DNA from: an uncultured delta proteobacterium
Lineage (GTDB): Bacteria; Myxococcota; Myxococcia; Myxococcales; Myxococcaceae
Assembly: GCA_963713045.1 (NCBI GenBank)
Contig: CAVQKE010000001.1
Location: forward strand, 96,001 to 160,000
Reading direction: 5' to 3'
DNA length: 64,000 bases
Under the pieces are notes generated by a model, which saw only the letters and a list, made by a program, of their open reading frames with translations, was not told the DNA's origin and did not search any database. Below, piece by piece: positions 39,673-50,594 of the stretch (the stretch's first letter is position 1; each line of letters starts with the position of its first letter). Made by a program: the position numbers and the translations under genes.

Positions 39673-40446
39673 ATGAATCTGACCCTCAACGTCTGGCGCC
39701 AGAAGGACGCCCGGGACCCGGGGCGGTTCGTCACCTATCAGGCGCCGGACATCAGCCCAGACATGTCATTTCTGGAGATGCTCGACGTGGTGAACGAGCG
39801 GCTCATCACCAAGGGCGAGGAACCAATCGCCTTCGACCACGACTGCCGGGAGGGAATCTGCGGCCAATGCGGAGTGGTGATTAATGGAAACGCGCACGGG
39901 CCACAGCGGCGCACCACTGCCTGCCAGCTCCACATGCGCAGCTTCCGCGACGGTGATTTCCTGACTTTGGAGCCCTTCCGAGCGAATGCCTTCCCAGTGG
40001 TGAAGGACCTCATCGTCAACCGAAGCGCCTTCGACCGCATCATTGCCTCCGGCGGCTTCATCTCTGCAGCCATCGGTGGCGCCCAGGACGCCAACTGCGT
40101 TCCCGTCTCCAGGGAGAAGGCCGACCTCGCGATGGATGCGGCGGCATGCATTGGGTGCGGCGCATGCGTCGCCGCATGTCCCAACGCTTCGGCAATGCTG
40201 TTTACGGCGGCCAAGGTGTCCCAGCTAGCGCTGCTCCCTCAGGGCAAGCCCGAACGAACCGACCGCGTACGAAGAATGGTCGCGCAGATGGACGCCGAGG
40301 GCTTCGGCAGCTGCACCAATCACGGCGAGTGCGAAGCGGTCTGTCCGAAGGGCATCAGTCTCGGCAACATCGCCCGTCTCAACCGGGAATACCTCCGCGC
40401 GAGCTTCGTCTGGGGACGGCGTCCGGGTGGGGGCGGAGGGCTATAG
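39673..40446 (+). CDS. sdhB: Succinate dehydrogenase/fumarate reductase Fe-S subunit
   Basis: [33 protein letters not shown]. Confidence 0.95.
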   Translation: MNLTLNVWRQKDARDPGRFVTYQAPDISPDMSFLEMLDVVNERLITKGEEPIAFDHDCREGICGQCGVVINGNAHGPQRRTTACQLHMRSFRDGDFLTLEPFRANAFPVVKDLIVNRSAFDRIIASGGFISAAIGGAQDANCVPVSREKADLAMDAAACIGCGACVAACPNASAMLFTAAKVSQLALLPQGKPERTDRVRRMVAQMDAEGFGSCTNHGECEAVCPKGISLGNIARLNREYLRASFVWGRRPGGGGGL

Positions 40447-40468
40447 CCCCGCGCTTTTGCAGCACCGC

Positions 40469-41455
40469 TTAGTGCGGCGTCGAGACACACGCCGTGACGT
40501 CCATGTCGAAGAGGACGTCGTAGGCGACGAGGAAGGATGCGCCTCCATCGATGCTGAGCTGGTAGTACCCCGCTGAGGGTGTGCCGGTGGTGATGATGAG
40601 GCTCGGTGGACTCCCATCGGCGTTCCCGTACCCGACGACGCCGCTGATGATGCTGATGGGAGCTCCTCCGTCCGCGGATGGGCCGGTCATGCTGAAGGCG
40701 ATGTTGCGCGAAAGGTAGCCGTTCCCGGAGAGGTCTGTATTCGTGTAATTCTGCCCATCAATCACGAAACCGGAGAAGTCGCTGTAATTCTGGTAGGTGA
40801 GGTCGACGTTTGGATTGAAGAGACTCTCGACACTGATGTTGACGGAACCGCTGAGCACGCCATTGAAGTTGGCGGGCGTGGTGTATTGGATGATGGATGG
40901 GCCGTTGAAGTCGAGAATGCGCGTCTCAGAACTGATGCAGGTGAGGTCATAGACGCGCAGCAGGCACTCGGCCTCGGACTGAGTGGTCGCCTGGAGGTTG
41001 GCCAGGGCCTCGGCAAAGGGAACGAAACTTCCGAGGGAGGGCGTCCCGGTGAGGGTGAGGACGCCACCATCGAGGGTGCTGGTGTAGGTGGCTCCGGCGT
41101 CGACGTTGAACCGCTGGGCGCCAATCCGGGAAGTCACCGGGAGATTGTTTTGGTTGGTGAGGACGTACTTCAGTGTGCTGTTGAGGGTGACCTGGGTGGC
41201 GGTTGCAGAGTAGGTCCCGGTATAGATGACGGTCGACTGGTCGTTCGCGATGGTCGTTAGGGTGAAGGGCGCCGAAAGCCCTCCATCTGGCGCAGCGAAC
41301 ACAATCAGCGTCGTCTGCTGTGGCGTCGCCTGAATCCACGTCGGCTGGTCCCCGAGGCTCACCGTCGGGTCCAACTCCTGTCCAATAATTTGGTACGGGC
41401 CAAGACAGCCAATGCCGAGGGCCGTCAGCAGCAGGAGCAAGGCCTTGCGCAGCAT
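40469..41455 (-). CDS. Thr/Ser/Gly-rich hypothetical lipoprotein
   Basis: MLRKALLLLLTALGIGC lipobox; beta-rich; TGATG coupling with the upstream gene. Confidence 0.7.
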   Translation of the reverse strand: MLRKALLLLLTALGIGCLGPYQIIGQELDPTVSLGDQPTWIQATPQQTTLIVFAAPDGGLSAPFTLTTIANDQSTVIYTGTYSATATQVTLNSTLKYVLTNQNNLPVTSRIGAQRFNVDAGATYTSTLDGGVLTLTGTPSLGSFVPFAEALANLQATTQSEAECLLRVYDLTCISSETRILDFNGPSIIQYTTPANFNGVLSGSVNISVESLFNPNVDLTYQNYSDFSGFVIDGQNYTNTDLSGNGYLSRNIAFSMTGPSADGGAPISIISGVVGYGNADGSPPSLIITTGTPSAGYYQLSIDGGASFLVAYDVLFDMDVTACVSTPH

Positions 41456-42048
41456 CAGAGGTCGACCCCCACCAGCGCACCGAGCGTCAAGGCATACCCC
41501 ACGGATAGGTCGCCTCCATGAAGCAAATCGAGAAAGTCGACGGCTCCGCTCCCAAAGGCAGCCAGAGTAACCGGCCCACTGCCAACCCGCCATCTGAGTA
41601 ATGCATTCATTCCTAGACCAGCAGTGAAACTGTTGAAGTCCGTGTAGCCATTGTTTGTGTAGCGGTTTCCCTTCATCACCAAGCCGTCGAAGTGAGGCCC
41701 CAGCCCGACGTCGAGTTGAATGCCGGCAAGGAAACAGAAACGGCGCATGGCGGCAAAGACGGCGTCGATGCCCCAGGCGCTGCTGTACACGGTGGAGATG
41801 TCGACGTGCATCTGGTTTTGGTAGGCCGACACCGGGAAGTAGCCAGTAAAATTGGCCTGAAATCCCCACTCGCTGCCCAGCGTCGCGGCGTAGCTGATGC
41901 CGGGAGCCTGCACCAGCGACTGGTTGCCCTGTTTGGTGTTGATGACGGTCAGCTGGTAGCTCGGGCCAATGGTGTGCTGCGCATCGGCCAGCGCGCCTGT
42001 GCCAATCAGGCACACCACCAGGCTCGCCAGGGTGCGCGCGTTGTTCAA
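41455..42048 (-). CDS. Small predicted outer-membrane beta-barrel protein
   Basis: TTG start, signal ending ALA, alternating beta-strands, C-terminal YALTLGALVGVDL. Confidence 0.6.
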   Translation of the reverse strand: MNNARTLASLVVCLIGTGALADAQHTIGPSYQLTVINTKQGNQSLVQAPGISYAATLGSEWGFQANFTGYFPVSAYQNQMHVDISTVYSSAWGIDAVFAAMRRFCFLAGIQLDVGLGPHFDGLVMKGNRYTNNGYTDFNSFTAGLGMNALLRWRVGSGPVTLAAFGSGAVDFLDLLHGGDLSVGYALTLGALVGVDL

Positions 42049-42171
42049 ACGACCCCCACGGTCGAGTCGGCCCCTGCCGCCGCGGAATGGCTCAAAGCCA
42101 GCTCGCGCGCGGCCAACGCGGGGGACCATTTCCATCGGGTGGGCTCGAGGGAACTCACAATTCGAAGGAGG

Positions 42172-42247
<76 letters not shown>

Positions 42248-42497
42248 AGTCGGCCGCGCAGTGAACACGAGGGGTTGGGCTGGGTCAAGTACAGAGCGCA
42301 AATCAAATTGCGATGGCTTACTGCACCAACGCGCGCTGGCCGAGAATCGCATTTGGGTCCACGTCCCCCGAGGTGAGACGTCCCGAAGGACGGCGCGTGG
42401 GAAATGCCAGGCGGCTTACGGCTCCCATCAGGCGCTCTCGGGCAAGCGGGACCTCCTCCACTGCTTTCAGAAATGGAGAGTACCCCGCCGCCCGGCC

Positions 42498-42917
42498 TTA
42501 CTTGTGCGCCTGATTCCGTTGCGCTTCGGCAAGGGCGCGATAGTCGTACGTCGGGTAGAACTCGGTGCGGTAGGCGCCCCAGGCGCTTTGCTCAATCGCC
42601 AGGTTCACCTCGCGCAGCTTCTCCGCCGGAAAGCGCAACGTCACCACTTGGCCGATGCCCATCATCACGTACCAGGAGACGACTTCCACACCCGCCGGCG
42701 GAAACTTCTGCCAGAAGCCACTCGCGTCGAGGTCCCGCTCGAGCTGAGCCAGCGTCTTGGACTGGTCGTGTCGCAAGAAGATGGTGAGCATCAACTTCCC
42801 CTTCTCCTGCGCCGGGCCGATGGCTGGCGTGGAGGGTTGGCCAAGCACCACCGCGCCCACCAGCAGCACGAGTGCCAACGGCACACAGAACGCCAAAACG
42901 CGGGGGAAGCGGGCCAT
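42498..42917 (-). CDS. Exported hypothetical protein
   Basis: GGAGG RBS, signal peptide, compact domain LTIFLRHDQSK...FPP.GVEVVSWYVMMGIGQVVTLR...TEFYPTYDY. Confidence 0.75.
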   Translation of the reverse strand: MARFPRVLAFCVPLALVLLVGAVVLGQPSTPAIGPAQEKGKLMLTIFLRHDQSKTLAQLERDLDASGFWQKFPPAGVEVVSWYVMMGIGQVVTLRFPAEKLREVNLAIEQSAWGAYRTEFYPTYDYRALAEAQRNQAHK

Positions 42918-43031
42918 CAGAGTCCTCCCTGGCAAAGGATGCCGGACTCTTAACCAGGCAGCGAAAAGCCGGTACAGACGGTAGAAACCAGCCCAGGGGG
43001 GCCCGAGAGGAAGACGAAAGCGCCGCCGGAG

Positions 43032-43520
43032 TCAGGCGAGATGCAGGCCCGAGCTGTTGCGCATGCCGATTCGCCAGCCGGTGCGGGCCGCAGGCACCAG
43101 GAGCCGCTCCCAGCGCTTGTCCTCCGGGTGGCGCGTGCGAATCCGGCGCAGCCACTCAAAGGTGCGGGCCGTCAGGTAAGTCTCCACCTCGATGTCAAAA
43201 CGCTGGGCCAGCACCGTGGAAACCTTGAGGCTGCCAGGCTCAAGCATCAGGCAGAGCCGCACCAGCTGCCGGTCGTCCACAAAGGGGCGGTGCCAGCGCG
43301 GCAGGGCCGTTTCGTCGGGATTGACCGAGCCGGCCCAGGAGACGAGGCGTGAAACTGTTACCCCCAACAGGCGCGCTCCATGGACGAGGGCCCGCACTTC
43401 ACTCGGCAGCAGACGCAGTTGCAGCGGGACATCGCCGGCCGAGGCAGGTTCTCCAGGCAGGAAGACGCGTCCAGCGTCGAGCCCTGTCAAATCCAGCTCC
43501 TCACTCACAGTCCGCCCCAT
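43032..43520 (-). CDS. Hypothetical protein, possible RHH-like DNA-binding motif
   Basis: LQLRLLPSEVRALVHGARLLGVTVSRLV resembles a beta-alpha-alpha RHH unit. Confidence 0.5.
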   Translation of the reverse strand: MGRTVSEELDLTGLDAGRVFLPGEPASAGDVPLQLRLLPSEVRALVHGARLLGVTVSRLVSWAGSVNPDETALPRWHRPFVDDRQLVRLCLMLEPGSLKVSTVLAQRFDIEVETYLTARTFEWLRRIRTRHPEDKRWERLLVPAARTGWRIGMRNSSGLHLA

Positions 43521-43612
43521 GTCAGCTTCCGCCCCTGATGTAATACTACCTCCGCAGAGAGAGTACACACCCCCTCACGGAGAGGCCAGTGCCCGCGTAA
43601 CGGCCCGCAATC

Positions 43613-44698
43613 TCAAGGGGATGGTCCTCGTGAAGCCGGTTCAGCAAGGCGTCGAAACACGCTACTGCTACCGAAAAAAGTCTCGCCCTCAGCCGCCAGC
43701 AGGACTGCCGCCGCCACCATTCCGGGGAGGACTTGGGTCAGGTGGTACAGAAACACGAAGGCCAGCGCCGCGTCGGCGTTTACGCCAAGCCAACCCAAGG
43801 CCAATGTGCCGCTCGCCTCAAATGAGCCGGCGTTGCCAGGGCTGGGGATGATGGTGGCGAGGTTCCAGGCGGTGAGCGCGCCGTAGGCCTGCATCGGGCT
43901 CAGTGCCAAATCCACGGCGCGGCTCGCGACAAGGATGACGAGCGTCTCCCAAAGCCATGGCAGTGGCGCGAGCAGCGTTTCGACGACGAGTAGGCGTCTC
44001 CAGTCCGCGGCAGCAAACCCCTCGCGGAGGTTCCTGAGCCACGCCGGTCCCCAGGGCTGACCCTGCGCGTCGCGACGCCAGCGGCGGCTGCGCATGGCGA
44101 CCACCGCCGTTGCAACCGCAAAGACAACGCAGGCCATGAGGCCAAGCGCACGGTAAAGCCACACCGGAGGCCGTTCATGCGCCGGAAGCAAGAGGCTGAC
44201 CAGGCAGACGATTGGGAAGGTTGCCACCCAGCCCCATCGGTCGCTGAAATGGTCCACCACTTCGTTGCCGAGCAGCTTCGCCCGGCTCACCCCGGTTCGC
44301 CGACCCAGGTACTGCACCCGAAGCAAGTCCCCCCCGCGCAGCGGCAGAAGCATGTTGAAAAAGAAGCCCACCAGGATGGCGCGGTAGGCATCCCCATAGC
44401 GCAGCCCAGGAAGCACCGGGCGCATGACCGTCCACCAGCGCAGGGATTGAAGTCCCATCAACACAAAGCCGCCCGCCACCGAGAAGAGCAACGGCCCCGG
44501 GCGTGCTGACAGGACGTCTTGCATGAAGCGCTGGCGTGAGATGCGCAGGTAGACGACGGCCAGGCTCACCACCAACAGCCCAGCGAGGGCGCCCAACACC
44601 AGGCGGACGAGGGGATGCCGCCAGAGGGATGGTCGCCTTTGAGGCGACCCGGTAGGCGCTTCCAACAGCTCACCGGATGGGTTTGGAGGAGCGGGCAC
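43613..44698 (-). CDS. Lysylphosphatidylglycerol synthase TM-like (UPF0104) flippase
   Basis: LRWW...GFFFNMLLPLRGGDLLR, IPSPGNAGSFEA; multi-TM. Confidence 0.85.
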   Translation of the reverse strand: MPAPPNPSGELLEAPTGSPQRRPSLWRHPLVRLVLGALAGLLVVSLAVVYLRISRQRFMQDVLSARPGPLLFSVAGGFVLMGLQSLRWWTVMRPVLPGLRYGDAYRAILVGFFFNMLLPLRGGDLLRVQYLGRRTGVSRAKLLGNEVVDHFSDRWGWVATFPIVCLVSLLLPAHERPPVWLYRALGLMACVVFAVATAVVAMRSRRWRRDAQGQPWGPAWLRNLREGFAAADWRRLLVVETLLAPLPWLWETLVILVASRAVDLALSPMQAYGALTAWNLATIIPSPGNAGSFEASGTLALGWLGVNADAALAFVFLYHLTQVLPGMVAAAVLLAAEGETFFGSSSVFRRLAEPASRGPSP

Positions 44699-44754
44699 CA
44701 GAGGCGCCTAGCACTCCGGCGCCCCCGGCGGCTAACCCTCGAGGGCTTGGCCTC

Positions 44755-45357
44755 TCAGCCAGGCCAGTTCCCCGTGCGGTAGGCCAGCAGCCAAGGCCGG
44801 AGCTGCGCGAAGGCCCGAGCGCGGTGGGAGATGCGGCCCTTTTCCTCGAGCGACAGCTCGGCCAGGGTGCGCTGGAGTTCCGGAATCAGCAGGACGGGGT
44901 CATATCCAAATCCGCCCGTGCCCCGCGGCTCTCGGGTGATGATGCCTGGGCAGCTGGCAGTCTCCACCACCCATTGTCCGGAGGGGGCGGCGAGACACAG
45001 CGCACAGCGAAAGGCCGCGGTGCGGGCGGCCTCTGGTACGTCCCGGAGTTCCTCGAGGAGCCGCGTGAGGCGCGCGGCGTCGTCTCCCGGGGCGTACCGC
45101 GCCGAGTGCAACCCCGGTCGGCCCTGGAGGGCATCGACGAAGAGGCCTGAGTCATCCGCCAGCGACACCAGCGAGGAGGCCTTCGCCCAGGCCAGGGCTT
45201 TCTTGCGCGCGTTCCCCTCGAGGGTGGACTCGGTCTCATCGACGGCCGGAAGCGGAGCGACGTCCGAGGGTGAGAGGACCTCCAGGCCGCCGGCCAGCGC
45301 CCGCAGCTCACGAAGCTTCCCTGGGTTGGTGGTGGCGAAGAGGAGCGGCGGCCTCAC
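44755..45357 (-). CDS. rdgB: Non-canonical purine NTP pyrophosphatase
   Basis: [31 protein letters not shown]. Confidence 0.95.
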   Translation of the reverse strand: MRPPLLFATTNPGKLRELRALAGGLEVLSPSDVAPLPAVDETESTLEGNARKKALAWAKASSLVSLADDSGLFVDALQGRPGLHSARYAPGDDAARLTRLLEELRDVPEAARTAAFRCALCLAAPSGQWVVETASCPGIITREPRGTGGFGYDPVLLIPELQRTLAELSLEEKGRISHRARAFAQLRPWLLAYRTGNWPG

Positions 45358-46067
45358 CCCAAAGCCTGCCTCTGTCGGGCGACCAGCTGAGCGACGCCAG
45401 CCAGACCTGCGTCCACCATGGCATCGAGTTGGGCCCGGGCGAAGGCGCCGTGCTCGGCAGTGCCCTGCACCTCCACCAGACGGCCGTCGGCCGTGGCCAC
45501 AACATTCATGTCCACTTCGGCACTGGAGTCCTCCTCGTAGTCGAGGTCGACCACCACCGCGCCGCTCACCACGCCGACCGAGATGGCGGCCACCGGTAGC
45601 ACCGCCGGCAGCTGGCTGAGTGTTCCATTCTTTTTCAGCGCTTGCAGCGCCTGCACCAGAGCGACGTAGGCACCGGTGATGGAGGCACAGCGCGTGCCGC
45701 CGTCCGCCTCAAGCACGTCACAGTCCAAGGTGAACGTCCTTGGGCCGAGCTGGGACAAGTCGACGGAAGCGCGCAGGGCACGGCCGATGAGGCGCTGGAT
45801 TTCCTGCGTCCTGCCGGTTTGCTTTCCCTTGGCCGCTTCACGCGCGCTGCGCGAATGGGTGGCACGAGGCAGCATCCCGTACTCGGCAGTCACCCAGCCC
45901 GAATTCTTGCCCAGCAAGTGAGGGGGAACGCGCTCCTCCACCGAGCAGGTGATGCGAACCAGGGTATTGCCGACGCGGACTTCAGCCGAGCCCTCGGCGT
46001 AGCGCGCCACTCCGGCAACCAACTGCACTGGGCGGAGCTCCAGGGGGCCCCGGTTGAACGACCGCAT
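45354..46067 (-). CDS. rph: Ribonuclease PH
   Basis: [46 protein letters not shown]. Confidence 0.97.
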   Translation of the reverse strand: MRSFNRGPLELRPVQLVAGVARYAEGSAEVRVGNTLVRITCSVEERVPPHLLGKNSGWVTAEYGMLPRATHSRSAREAAKGKQTGRTQEIQRLIGRALRASVDLSQLGPRTFTLDCDVLEADGGTRCASITGAYVALVQALQALKKNGTLSQLPAVLPVAAISVGVVSGAVVVDLDYEEDSSAEVDMNVVATADGRLVEVQGTAEHGAFARAQLDAMVDAGLAGVAQLVARQRQALG

Positions 46068-46131
46068 GGCAGTCCTCTCTGCAGGAGACGAAGAAGTGCA
46101 GCGACTGCCATAGCAGACTTGAGGAGCCCGG

Positions 46132-46929
46132 TTAGCGGCTGGCGGAGGGGGCGGCCGGGGTCCGGTCGCGGGCCTCCACCTCGGTCAGGAAGGCGTGGAT
46201 GCCCTCGGAGAGGGCGGTCACCAGACGGGCCCGGTAGTTCGGGTCGTTCAGCCTGCGGCCCTCGTTGGGGTGCGAGATGAAGCCGACTTCGACCAGCACG
46301 GCGGGAGCCTCCACTCCCATCAGCACGTAAAACGGCGCCTGTTGCACGCCGAGGTCCGCCGCCCCAGTGCCGGCCAGCAGCCGGCGGTGAAGTGCATAGG
46401 CAAGCCGCGCGCTGTCGGCGTGCGCTTCGCCGCGCTGCAAGTCGGCAAGGATGAAGGCAAGCGTGTCCCGCTGCGCTGCAGATGCGCCGGACGTTCCGGC
46501 GCCCGCATTTTCCTGACTGGCCGTCCGCAGTGCGTCCTCGCCCGAGGCACTGGCGGAGAGGAAGAACGTCTGGATGCCTTCCACCCGGGCCCGCAGCTTC
46601 CGGGTGGGCATGGAGTTGGCGTGCAGCGACAGGAACAGGTCGGGGCGGGCGTGGTTGGCGAAGCCCACCCGCTCGGCCAGTGGCAAGAGGACGTCCTGCT
46701 CCCGGGTGAGCAACACCTCTGCTCCGGAGCGCTCCAGCTCTGCTTTCAGCCGCAGCGCGAGGTCCAGCGCCAGCGACTTCTCGAAGAGGCCGTCCGGACC
46801 GAGCGCACCCTCTTGGGCGCCTCCGTGCCCCGGGTCAAGGACAATTCGGGGAGGGCGTTCCAGGGGGCCGTCTGCGCCCACCGGTGCGGCAGCCAGCAGA
46901 AGCGCGGCAAGCGCGAGGGGCGCAGTCAT
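46132..46929 (-). CDS. N-acetylmuramoyl-L-alanine amidase (Amidase_3)
   Basis: [34 protein letters not shown]. Confidence 0.93.
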   Translation of the reverse strand: MTAPLALAALLLAAAPVGADGPLERPPRIVLDPGHGGAQEGALGPDGLFEKSLALDLALRLKAELERSGAEVLLTREQDVLLPLAERVGFANHARPDLFLSLHANSMPTRKLRARVEGIQTFFLSASASGEDALRTASQENAGAGTSGASAAQRDTLAFILADLQRGEAHADSARLAYALHRRLLAGTGAADLGVQQAPFYVLMGVEAPAVLVEVGFISHPNEGRRLNDPNYRARLVTALSEGIHAFLTEVEARDRTPAAPSASR

Positions 46930-46976
46930 TCCAAGTCCGATGCTACGCCGAGCAGTGGCCGGTGCCCAGTTGTGCG

Positions 46977-48032
46977 CTATTCGACCACGTCGACGCCGGG
47001 ACGACCGCGCACCAGTTCGCCGACGTGGGCGGCGTCGATGCCCGCCCGTCGAAGCGCGCGTTCCGCCCGGAGCGCCTCACTGGCGGGGACGGCGGCGAGG
47101 AGGCCACCGTTGGTCTGTGCGTCCGAGAGCACCAGCTGGACGTCGCGTGGGAGCCCCGTCGGGAAGCGCACCGCTGCTCCAAAATGCTCGAGGTTGGCGA
47201 TGGAGCCAGCCGGAACCACCCCCTGCGCCGCCAAGGCGGGCACCCCCTCCAGGATGGGGATGTGCGAGAGGCGCAGCCGGGCACGCACCCGTCCGGCAAA
47301 GGCCATCTCACACAAATGGCCGAGCAGCCCAAAGCCCGTGACGTCGGTCAGGGCATGCACACTGAAGCGCCGGGAGGCGAATACCTCTCCAGCGCGGCGG
47401 TTGAGCTCGCTCATCAGCGCGGTCACGCGTCGGGTCAGTTCGGCGTTGGCCGCCCCGCGCTTAATGGCGGTGGTGGCAACGCCCGAACCCAGCGGCTTGG
47501 TCAACAGCAGCACGTCTCCCGGGCGGCCGCCGGCGTTGGTGAGGATGCGACGGGGATGGACCACGCCGGTCACCGCCATTCCGTATTTCGGTTCCGGGTC
47601 GTCGACCGAGTGGCCTCCGAGGACGGGGATGCCGGCCTCGTCCGCCTTGTCTTGTCCACCTTCGAGAATGGCCTGAAGCACCTTGAGCCCGAGGACTTTG
47701 GTGGGGAACGCCACCAGGTTGAGCGCGAACAGCGGACGGGCGCCCATCGCCCAAATGTCGGAGAGGGCGTTGGCGGCGGCAATTTGTCCGAAGGCAAACG
47801 GGTCGTCGACGACCGGAGGAAAGAAGTCAGCCGTCGAGACCACCGCCTGGGTGGCGGACAGTTTGTACACCGCGGCGTCGTCGTGCGTGGCAAACCCCAC
47901 CAGCGCCCGCGCATCCTTTCTGGTCTTCAAATGGCGCAGGACCTGCGCCAAATCCGCCGGTCGGAGCTTGGCGGCTCAACCGGCGCAGTGGCTGAACTCC
48001 GTCAGCCGCTGCGGCCTCGGCACGTCAGTCAT
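46977..48032 (-). CDS. selD: Selenide, water dikinase, selenocysteine-containing
   Basis: MTDVPRPQRLTEFSHCAG-UGA-AAK (UGA at 47978-47976), DDAAVY, DFFPPVVDDP, GGHS, TDVTGFGLLGHL, DAQTNGGLL. Confidence 0.95.
47932..47950 (-). promoter_or_regulatory. Putative bacterial SECIS hairpin
   Basis: TGGCGCAG-GTC-CTGCGCCA, a perfect 8-bp stem starting ~25 nt 3' of the UGA, with G in the apical loop. Confidence 0.75.
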
Positions 48033-48973
48033 CAGTTTCCTCGGATGTAGTCCTTGCGCAGCAAGTCCAGCACGCCCTGTGCAATCTCCACGTCGTCGAT
48101 GAGCGAGTGGTCGCACATATCCTGCAGGGTGCCGTGGTTGTAGACCAGCTGGAGGATGTCCAGCTCCCGCGGCGTCAGCTCGCGCAGCGGCTTGTTCAGC
48201 GGGCGGCAGAGGACCAGCTGATGGTCGGGCGCCGGGAGGTCCCTGGCGATTCGCTTGTACTCGTCCATCAGGCGGAGAGCGTCCATCAGGAGCGCTTCGG
48301 TGGAGTGGTCGAGCTCGACCATGAACTCATCGGACTCCGCCGGACGCAGTTCGAAGTCGCCCTCCTCCCAGGTGATGATGCGGTTGAAGCTCTTCTGAGG
48401 CCCGAGCTCGTGCCGGCCACCGATGACTGCGTAGTAGACGCGCCCCTGGCGCAGGTAGATGCGGGCCTCGTGCGCACCGGTTACCACCAGCACGCCGTTC
48501 TTCTTGGAGGTATGGAAGAGCTGGAGCAGGTCAGGCAGCGGGATGTCCTCGATTTTCCCGCTCATCGACGACGTCTTGGTCTTCGCTGCCTGTGCCTGAG
48601 CCGCCGCTTCCAGGTTGTGCTTCACCGCAGCGTCGCTCAGCTGGGTGCTTTCGGCGCCCGCCACCACCAGCTTGAGGATGGAAGTCCCGATGAGGATGCG
48701 GTCGCCTTCCTTCAAGCGCGCGGTACGGACCTTCTCACCATTGACGAAGGTGCCGTTGGTGCTGCCCAGGTCCTCGATGGTGATTTTGGCGCCCTGCACA
48801 GCGATTTTGGCGTGCTTGCGCGAAACCATGTCTTCGACCAGCACCATGTCCAACTCGCTGGACCGCCCGATGACGACCTGTTTATTCGGCTTAAGCGGGA
48901 ATTCGCCGCCCTGGTACTTGCCGGAGATAAACTTCAGCGCGTAGGCCACGTCACCGGTCCCGGGTCCACTCAC
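48032..48973 (-). CDS. FHA domain + DUF4388 (PATAN-like) protein
   Basis: IGR...VSRKHA...DLGSTNGTFVNG FHA; MSGKIEDIPLPDLLQL...G.L...G.V..A...W..GDF. Confidence 0.9.
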   Translation of the reverse strand: MSGPGTGDVAYALKFISGKYQGGEFPLKPNKQVVIGRSSELDMVLVEDMVSRKHAKIAVQGAKITIEDLGSTNGTFVNGEKVRTARLKEGDRILIGTSILKLVVAGAESTQLSDAAVKHNLEAAAQAQAAKTKTSSMSGKIEDIPLPDLLQLFHTSKKNGVLVVTGAHEARIYLRQGRVYYAVIGGRHELGPQKSFNRIITWEEGDFELRPAESDEFMVELDHSTEALLMDALRLMDEYKRIARDLPAPDHQLVLCRPLNKPLRELTPRELDILQLVYNHGTLQDMCDHSLIDDVEIAQGVLDLLRKDYIRGN

Positions 48974-49006
48974 GGCGCCGCGACCCTTCGAAGCATTTGA
49001 CTGACC

Positions 49007-49690
49007 TTACAGCAGCGAACCCACGAAAACGAATTCCAAAGATGCCGCCGCTCTCGGTACCAGCCGGAGTCGATGCAGGTGCGGCGGCAGCCCCTCCTCC
49101 TCGGTGACGGTGACTTCGCCGGATTCGGACCGCACGTACCAGGCCTGAATCGCAGTGTTGCGCACGGGATGGGCCAGCAGCGCACGCAGCCCCGGCTCGG
49201 CCAGTGCCTGCTCCCGGTCGGCGGGTGCGTGGAGCTCCGCGAGCGCAGCGGCGTTGGAAGTCTGCAGTGCGAGTCGCCGAGCGACGAGGGCAGACACCAC
49301 CGCGGCCAGCGTCGGCGCGAGGCCTCCGTCGAGCTGCCAGCCGGTGGCGTGACGAGCAAAGCGCGTCGTCTCCCGCCCCAGCGAAGAGACGCGAGTCGAA
49401 CCAAGCGTACCTTCAAAGTCCAGCGTCGAGACGGCCCGGGCATGGTCGCGGCCCTCCTCGGCGACGGTGACGCGCTGAAAGTGCAGGGACTGTCCGACGA
49501 GCGGCGTCTGGCTGCCGGCAATGGCCAGCGTCACCGGTGGGCGTGCAGCGTCGGCAAGGACACTGGCCACCTCGGTGGCGGGGCCACCGGCCAGCCCAAG
49601 CAGAGAGGGCAACGCCCAGAAGAGGCTGGCGGCGGCCAAAGTGACAGCCAGAAGCCCCACCACCGGCGCGAAGCGTGACCGCGCACTCAT
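49007..49690 (-). CDS. Membrane-anchored hypothetical protein
   Basis: N-terminal hydrophobic helix; fills the operon slot between bamD and the FHA gene. Confidence 0.6.
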   Translation of the reverse strand: MSARSRFAPVVGLLAVTLAAASLFWALPSLLGLAGGPATEVASVLADAARPPVTLAIAGSQTPLVGQSLHFQRVTVAEEGRDHARAVSTLDFEGTLGSTRVSSLGRETTRFARHATGWQLDGGLAPTLAAVVSALVARRLALQTSNAAALAELHAPADREQALAEPGLRALLAHPVRNTAIQAWYVRSESGEVTVTEEEGLPPHLHRLRLVPRAAASLEFVFVGSLL

Positions 49691-49711
49691 CGGTCAATGG
49701 GACGGCCGTCC

Positions 49712-50479
49712 TCAGCCGCCAAGCATTGCCTGCGCACGCTGCGCTGCGGGCGTTCCCGGCAGCCGAGTCACAATGCGCTCCAGGGCCCCGCGGGCATGCA
49801 CCGGGTCGCTCAGCTTGATGTACAGGCCATACAGCCGGAAGAGGATGGTGGCCTCGTCCTGGCCAGGGTATTTCGTCACCAACGTCTCCAGCCTTCCAAC
49901 CGCGCCGGCCAGGTGGCCACGCTTTTCATAGAAGTCCGCGACGTACATCTCGTGCTGGGCCAGCCTTTGACGCGCTTCCTCGGCGTGCTTTTTCGCTTCC
50001 GGGACGTAGACCGAATTGGGGTAGGTCTTGACGAACGCCGACAGTAAGTCCCAAGCGCCGTGCACCTGCGTCTGCTCCCGTTCCGGGGACGGTGGAAGGA
50101 TGAAGAAGCTGCTCGGCATGTCGCGGTAGTACGTCAACGCTGCTCGGTAAGCGCAGTAGTCCACTCGATAGTAGGAGGGATGCAGCTTCACGAAGGCGGT
50201 GTAGCGGTCGCGGGCCTCGGTCCACAACTCATGGTCGAAGCTGACGTCGGCCAGACGGATTTCCGCCTCGCGGGAAACGTCGATGAAGGGGTACTTCGTC
50301 TTGACGTACTCAAAATACTTCTCCGCCATGCCGTACTGGTGGTCGGCGAGGGCTTCGTTTCCAAGCCGCATGTTGTTGGTGGCGTCGCTCGCAAACGTCG
50401 GCGTCGCCGTCGAAGTCCCGGCGAAGGTGGTGCACCCCGCGGCCAGCGCGGCCAAGCTGAGGAGGAGGAGACGGCCCAT
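49712..50479 (-). CDS. bamD: Outer membrane protein assembly factor BamD
   Basis: Lipobox AAGC, TPRs, KYPF, LHP, YPNSVY, LAQHEMYVADFY. Confidence 0.88.
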   Translation of the reverse strand: MGRLLLLSLAALAAGCTTFAGTSTATPTFASDATNNMRLGNEALADHQYGMAEKYFEYVKTKYPFIDVSREAEIRLADVSFDHELWTEARDRYTAFVKLHPSYYRVDYCAYRAALTYYRDMPSSFFILPPSPEREQTQVHGAWDLLSAFVKTYPNSVYVPEAKKHAEEARQRLAQHEMYVADFYEKRGHLAGAVGRLETLVTKYPGQDEATILFRLYGLYIKLSDPVHARGALERIVTRLPGTPAAQRAQAMLGG

Positions 50480-50594
50480 CGAGGGGCGGGAACCTAATAC
50501 CCCGGAACGCAGCTTTCCAAGGGCCCTGCCCCTGCAGCGCGCTCAGGAGGGCCGGCCGAGCGGGCTGGCGCGCGTTTGCGACCGGGGCTGCCGG

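Noticed and set aside
46195..47676. 493-aa plus-strand ORF
   Set aside because: Antisense shadow of the amidase and selD genes, typical of high-GC codon bias; no motifs
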